This document shows positions 59,170 to 64,000 of a DNA stretch of 64,000 nucleotides, one piece after another. The stretch is from contig OZ024743.1 of assembly GCA_964016885.1 (NCBI GenBank), forward strand, positions 89,776,001 to 89,840,000, read 5' to 3'. This DNA comes from Eledone cirrhosa (taxonomy: Eukaryota). The number at the start of each line of letters is the position of its first letter. Position 1 is the first letter of the stretch. The notes beneath the pieces were generated by a model that saw only the letters and a list, made by a program, of their open reading frames with translations, was not told the origin of the DNA and did no database searches. Both the position numbers and the translations under genes were made by a program.

Positions 59170-59540
59170 CCCAATGATGCCCTCCACCATCTTGCGTGAA
59201 GATCATTTCTTGTACAAGATCAAACTGTTCAACTTCCAGCAAAACCTTCTTCAGCATATCAGGTTATCGATCGATTTGACTATTTGGTCAAAGGAAAATG
59301 TTCTTTAATCAAACAAATCCAGCGGCAGGTTCATTTAATGTGAAATATATTCTAATATTACGTAACTATACAATTATAAATGTATGACATTGCAAATAAT
59401 GAAACAATGCAATCATAAAAATCTAAAGAATAACTTAATGTTACTATGAATACTGTGTGAAAGTTTCATGTGAGTATATTGAGTATTTCTGAATAGGTGA
59501 CTAACCAAAAGTCAATTGTTTTTCTGGGACACCCGCTATG
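59170..59540 (-). mobile_element. Tc1/mariner remnant
   Basis: Reverse complement starts with TIR-like cgggtgtcccagaaaa and contains caagatggtggagggcatcattgg (QDGGGHHW, like QDGAPPH). Confidence 0.45.
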
Positions 59541-59544
59541 TATA

Positions 59545-60423
59545 TTCTTTCGTGTATATTGTTTAATTATTTTACTGGTTTCCATCGTAAGATTCCGGCC
59601 ATGCTAAGGCAAAGTTTTCATGTATTTTTTAGACTTATCATATAAAACCAGTAACGCACGGAGGACAATTTAATCATACGTATGTACGTATGGGTATACC
59701 GAACATTTATTATAATGCTCGGTTTGTTTGTATACAAACAGCCCGAATTAAGCCGTACAGTGTTTAGCAAACATCGTTGCCCTTTTGTTCAACACTGACA
59801 AAGGAATGATGTACTAGCTTCAAGCTTATTAGCTATCGTCAGCATCGTATACCTTTCTGTCAGATGATTAAACGTCTGAAAGTATATACTTTCGGTAAAC
59901 CCATACGTACATATATATATGTGCGCATGTATGTATATATATACATACTACTGTACGTCTGTACACATATATGTATGTACGTATACATACTTATATTTAA
60001 GTAACAGCCGTACTAAGAGTGAGAAATGAAATTTCGTTTCATTTTTTCCATTTATCGTTTTCGGTTCGCCCGGCCGACTAACTCACTCAATATTCAAATT
60101 AGGCTGCTTAGCCGTTAATATGCATAAGGAAAGTATATACTTTCAGACGTTCAACCATCTGGCAGGAAGGTATACGATACTGACGGTAGCTAATAAGTTT
60201 GAAACTAGTACATCGTTCCTGTGTCAGTGTTGAACAAAAGGGCAACGATGGTTGCTAAACACTGTACGGCTTAATTCGGGCTGTTTGTTTACAAACAAAC
60301 CGAGCATTATAATAAATGTTCGGTAAACCCATACGTACATATATATATATATATATGTGCATGTATGTAGGTATATACATACTACTGTACGTCTGTATAC
60401 ATATATGTATGTACGTATACATA

Positions 60424-60430
<7 letters not shown>
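59545..60430. repeat. Fold-back element, ~210-bp arms (59681-59892 / 60130-60341); HHRs at 59806-59848(-) and 60174-60216(+)
   Basis: Consensus of the two arms: acgatg-CTGACGA-t-agct-aata-agct-t-GAAA-ctag-TA-catcgt. Each arm carries a different core mutation. Confidence 0.85.
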
Positions 60431-60521
<91 letters not shown>

Positions 60522-60652
60522 ATATTTGGTTTTACACCCAAAGGAAATGAGAGTTCATGGTGTTCAATATTTTCAGGAAGAATATAAAAAAATAAACATC
60601 TAATCATGGGATTGTGTCAAGTTCATGCCTTTTCTAATGGATATTATTGATG

Positions 60653-60720
<68 letters not shown>

Positions 60721-60741
60721 GAGAGAGTGTGTGTGAGAGAG

Positions 60742-60858
<117 letters not shown>

Positions 60859-61004
60859 GTTGGTGGCTTGGCAAAATCAGCAGAGTGCCCGACAAATTAC
60901 CTCGCGCTACCTAGTTGCGTGTTTCTATTGAGTTCTGAGTTCAAATCCCACCAGATTCGGGATTTGCCAATCACCATTCTGGGTCTTTTCAATAAAATAA
61001 AGTA

Positions 61005-61125
61005 CCAGTTAACTTCTAGGGTTATACCAGTTAACTACTAGGGTCGTACCGTCAACTACTAGGGTCGTACCAGTCAACTATTAGGGTCGTATCAGCCAAC
61101 TATTAGGGTCCAGTCAACCATTAGT
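61005..61125 (+). repeat. ~22-bp tandem repeat (~5 copies) inside a SINE tail
   Basis: ccagtcaactactagggtcgta variants. Confidence 0.8.
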
Positions 61126-61453
61126 GTCTATTTTATCGACTGAACCACATCCCACTCTCTTTTCCTCCCGCATCAAATTTCTAAGTTTGTTAGAAATTAA
61201 TGTTGAATGAAATTAATTTGCTGGGAAATTCTAGAAATAGCAGCCAAATCGCTCCCTAACGTCTTGTAATAGGACAGAACACATTTGTAATAGGAAAGAA
61301 CACATCTGCTTCCCTAACTATATATATATATATCGAAACGGCTTGAGCTCAGCCGTCGGGGTCTTACTTACTCCTATTACCCACTCTACTACCCTAATTA
61401 TTGAGTACTTTGGTGCGTTATGGTCCACCTGGTTCCTTACCACTTTTCCTTCG

Positions 61454-61521
<68 letters not shown>

Positions 61522-61565
61522 AAGTTAAATAAAAGTCAAATGATTAAAATTTAGCTTCGTTTATT

Positions 61566-61620
61566 ACTGCTATATATATTTCAGTGACAGCCATCTTTGG
61601 CTGTGACCTCTTCAGGCAGT
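61566..61620 (-). ncRNA. Minimal type-I HHR motif in a ~185-bp insert between (TA)n
   Basis: Reverse complement: actgc-CTGAAGA-ggtcacagcca-aaga-tggctgtcact-GAAA-tatata-TA-gcagt. Confidence 0.75.
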
Positions 61621-61719
61621 TTGAATTAGTATGGTATAGACAAGTACATATGTTGTTGAGGTGTATAATATTGTCAATATACAACCAACATAAACTCAAA
61701 ATATATATATATATATATA

Positions 61720-61940
61720 ATAGTAGAACACTAGAGGGTTATATCCGTAGCAGTAGAGCACTCAGTCCATGGGACGAGTTTAGTAGAAGTAGTTCCACAA
61801 CAGTTAGTTCACCATACCGAGAACAAATGTTTCCTCTTATTCGGATCATCAGCTCAGTCTAAATGAAGTTGTACGGAAAAGGAAAAACAACAGTACATTT
61901 GTTTTATGGTGAACTAACTGTCGTGGTACTACTTCTATAT
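61720..61940. repeat. Fold-back derivative related to the Naiad-like PLE 3' end; HHR at 61811-61858(-)
   Basis: Reverse complement: ctgag-CTGATGA-tcc..-GAAA-catttg-TT-ctcggtatggtgaactaactg, the same downstream sequence as 53116-53140. Arms 61784-61816 / 61905-61937. Confidence 0.75.
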
Positions 61941-61964
61941 ATATATATACATATATACATATAT

Positions 61965-64000
61965 ATAGTATTAGTTATACTATTTATGGTTATGTAAATA
62001 CAAAACCTTATGCAGTTATAAGTATTTTACACACACCCTAAATAGTGGTAGGCAGTAATGTATTGCTACCTTATTACCAGTAAGTTAAGTAGCTCAATGT
62101 AAAAACATCAGATGATTTACAGAGCAGTTATATGAAATATAAGAATCAAAGAACTGTTCAAAACATTATTGTGCTTACAGCTGTTTCCTCCAAACCGAGG
62201 TTTGGATTCTTCGGAGCAATTTATTAATGCATGGACAGTTATATGACCTCCTTTTCAGCCGAGAGACATACCGATACATATTCAAACATTGATACATATT
62301 CAAACATTGTGGGTCAACATTCATTACAGAATTTAGAGTGGCAGTACACACTTCGAGATTACATTTATATTAAGAGGTACAATCCAAAATCAAAAATACA
62401 GGTTAAAATACAACATGAAGATAAGCGGTTATATAGTGCAAATGTTATATGTGTGGCACGCATGTGCGTCTTGTTTATATAGTGTGGCAGAGAGATATGT
62501 GTGGTAGAGGCACTTAGGTAGGTAAACAAGAGTGTTAGGTTGGTAGATCTGGTGGCATATTCTTTATATGATTGAAGTCTGTGTGTGGAGAAATATTATA
62601 AGCATTAAAAATAGTGCAAGCATTAAAAGTGTTAAAAGTATTGGAGATGCACAGCGAAGGGATGTCAAGTATTTCATGTACTTCGGCAATTTCATGGTCA
62701 GGGGAGTGTATTTACATAATCCACGACAATCCAGTTAGAGATCGTAGTCTGGTGTTCTTTAGTTCAATACAGGAGGCTGTTACGTTTCGAGAAACGCCAT
62801 TGAATACCACCCGGAAGTGTGTGTGTGGCTAAGGGGAGTTAATGCATGCGGGGAGGTAACTCTGGGGTTTCTATACCTAGCTATTAAAATGTGTCCCAAT
62901 ATAGACCCTAATTTCTATGGTGATGCGCATCCTCCAAGAGAAATTTTTAAAGCATAAAGTGTATTAACTATAGAGTAGTTTAATTAAGTTATGCTGAAGG
63001 TGATCATATTATTATGGTGGATTAACCCATCGTAAGGTGCCACAAATGGAAATTATAGAAGATGAGCGAGGATTCTAAATTAATGATCTCTGTGGTTGTA
63101 GTCTACTCATAGGACCAGGCGCGGTGATTGCAGGATTGCTTCAGGACCCAATGATCTCTGGTAAGATCTGGATCATCGCTTGCTACATTGGATGTCGAAA
63201 GATAATCATCCCCAGGCCGGCCAGAGGTCGATCCGCAGTCCTCGCGACCCCTCTCTGACCGTCAGATCATCCATATATGTACAACCCGCACGGCAGTTGC
63301 AATGCATTCACTCACTGCGCTCAGCAGCCCGGTCCTACTGCTCAACAGCGTTACTAGATTAAATCATTTTTCATCTGTCTATGGAAGGTGTTTCCTCTGC
63401 ACAACACTATCCAACCGATCAATTCATGCTCAAATTACCTTTAGAGCGGTGTAGTGCCGTTCAAGTGGGTGGATGTTGTCACACCTGATGTAGAGGTATA
63501 AATGGGTATTCTCCCTGCGAAGGGTTCCAGAGGGATGTCGTTGTTTGTGTTATAATAGATCAGTTAGTGTTGGGTATGTAGTATAAGGTGTGTCTCTGGT
63601 GTTTGATGCTAGATGTGGTGTTAGGTTCCAGTCCGACATTGCTATATATTGGGCTTAAAGTTTTGGAAGGAATGTCTGAAGCGGTGCTGGCAAGTTGCAA
63701 ACACCTCAGATTTTTTGTTAAGTAGGTTACGGTTGGAGAAGATAATATTGTGTGTCTCTAGTATACAGAGGTTACAAAATTTATTAGGTGGTTTGTACGA
63801 GGTCGCGCTGCCTATCACTTCCCATTTGAGTGTGTATGGTTTATTTTTAGATTTTAGATAGTGTATGTAGCTAGAAAGTGAGGTGGAGTTTGCTAGGCTG
63901 TGCTTTTTGAACGAGTGGATGTGCGAATTATATCTGATTTTGAAGCAGTTAGAAGTGGAGCCTACATAGGTTTCTGAAGAGTTGTTAGTCGTGACGGTGC
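61965..64000 (-). mobile_element. 3' part of a Naiad-like PLE (runs off the window)
   Basis: Reverse complement of ~63930-63645 reads SHIHSFKKHSLANSTSLSSYIHYLK..LKWEVIGSATSY..CNLCILE..LNKKSEVFATCQH, homologous to ORF 52517-52894. Confidence 0.75.
62172..62218 (-). ncRNA. Type-I HHR motif (core CCGAAGA, one substitution) downstream of the minus-strand PLE
   Basis: Reverse complement: tgct-CCGAAGA-a-tccaaac-ctcg-gtttgga-g-GAAA-cagctg-TA-agca. Confidence 0.6.

Overview
AT-rich eukaryotic DNA saturated with microsatellites ((TA)n, (CA)n, (GA)n, (CCA)n). The SINE/LINE/Penelope landscape resembles an octopod cephalopod (Octopus) genome; this is inferred from recalled repeat families, not verified. 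I see no intact host gene, and most ORFs in the track are microsatellite artefacts. Decayed mobile elements are: four Penelope-like retroelements (PLEs; RT + GIY-YIG), a Tx1/L1-clade LINE, several RTE LINE pieces, a Chapaev3-type DNA transposon with TIRs and TSD, mariner remnants, a hAT MITE, many tRNA-type SINEs, and an 11 x 68-bp tandem array. The most striking unannotated signal is about 20 minimal type-I hammerhead-ribozyme (HHR) motifs from at least 9 unrelated sequence families. Most sit in the arms of non-coding fold-back (palindromic) mini-elements inserted in (TA)n tracts. These share one architecture: short inverted arm / long arm + family-specific fixed tail. They look like a PLE-mobilised, (TA)n-targeted, ribozyme-bearing hairpin element system. 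All alignments and folds were done by eye, so coordinates may be off by a few bases.
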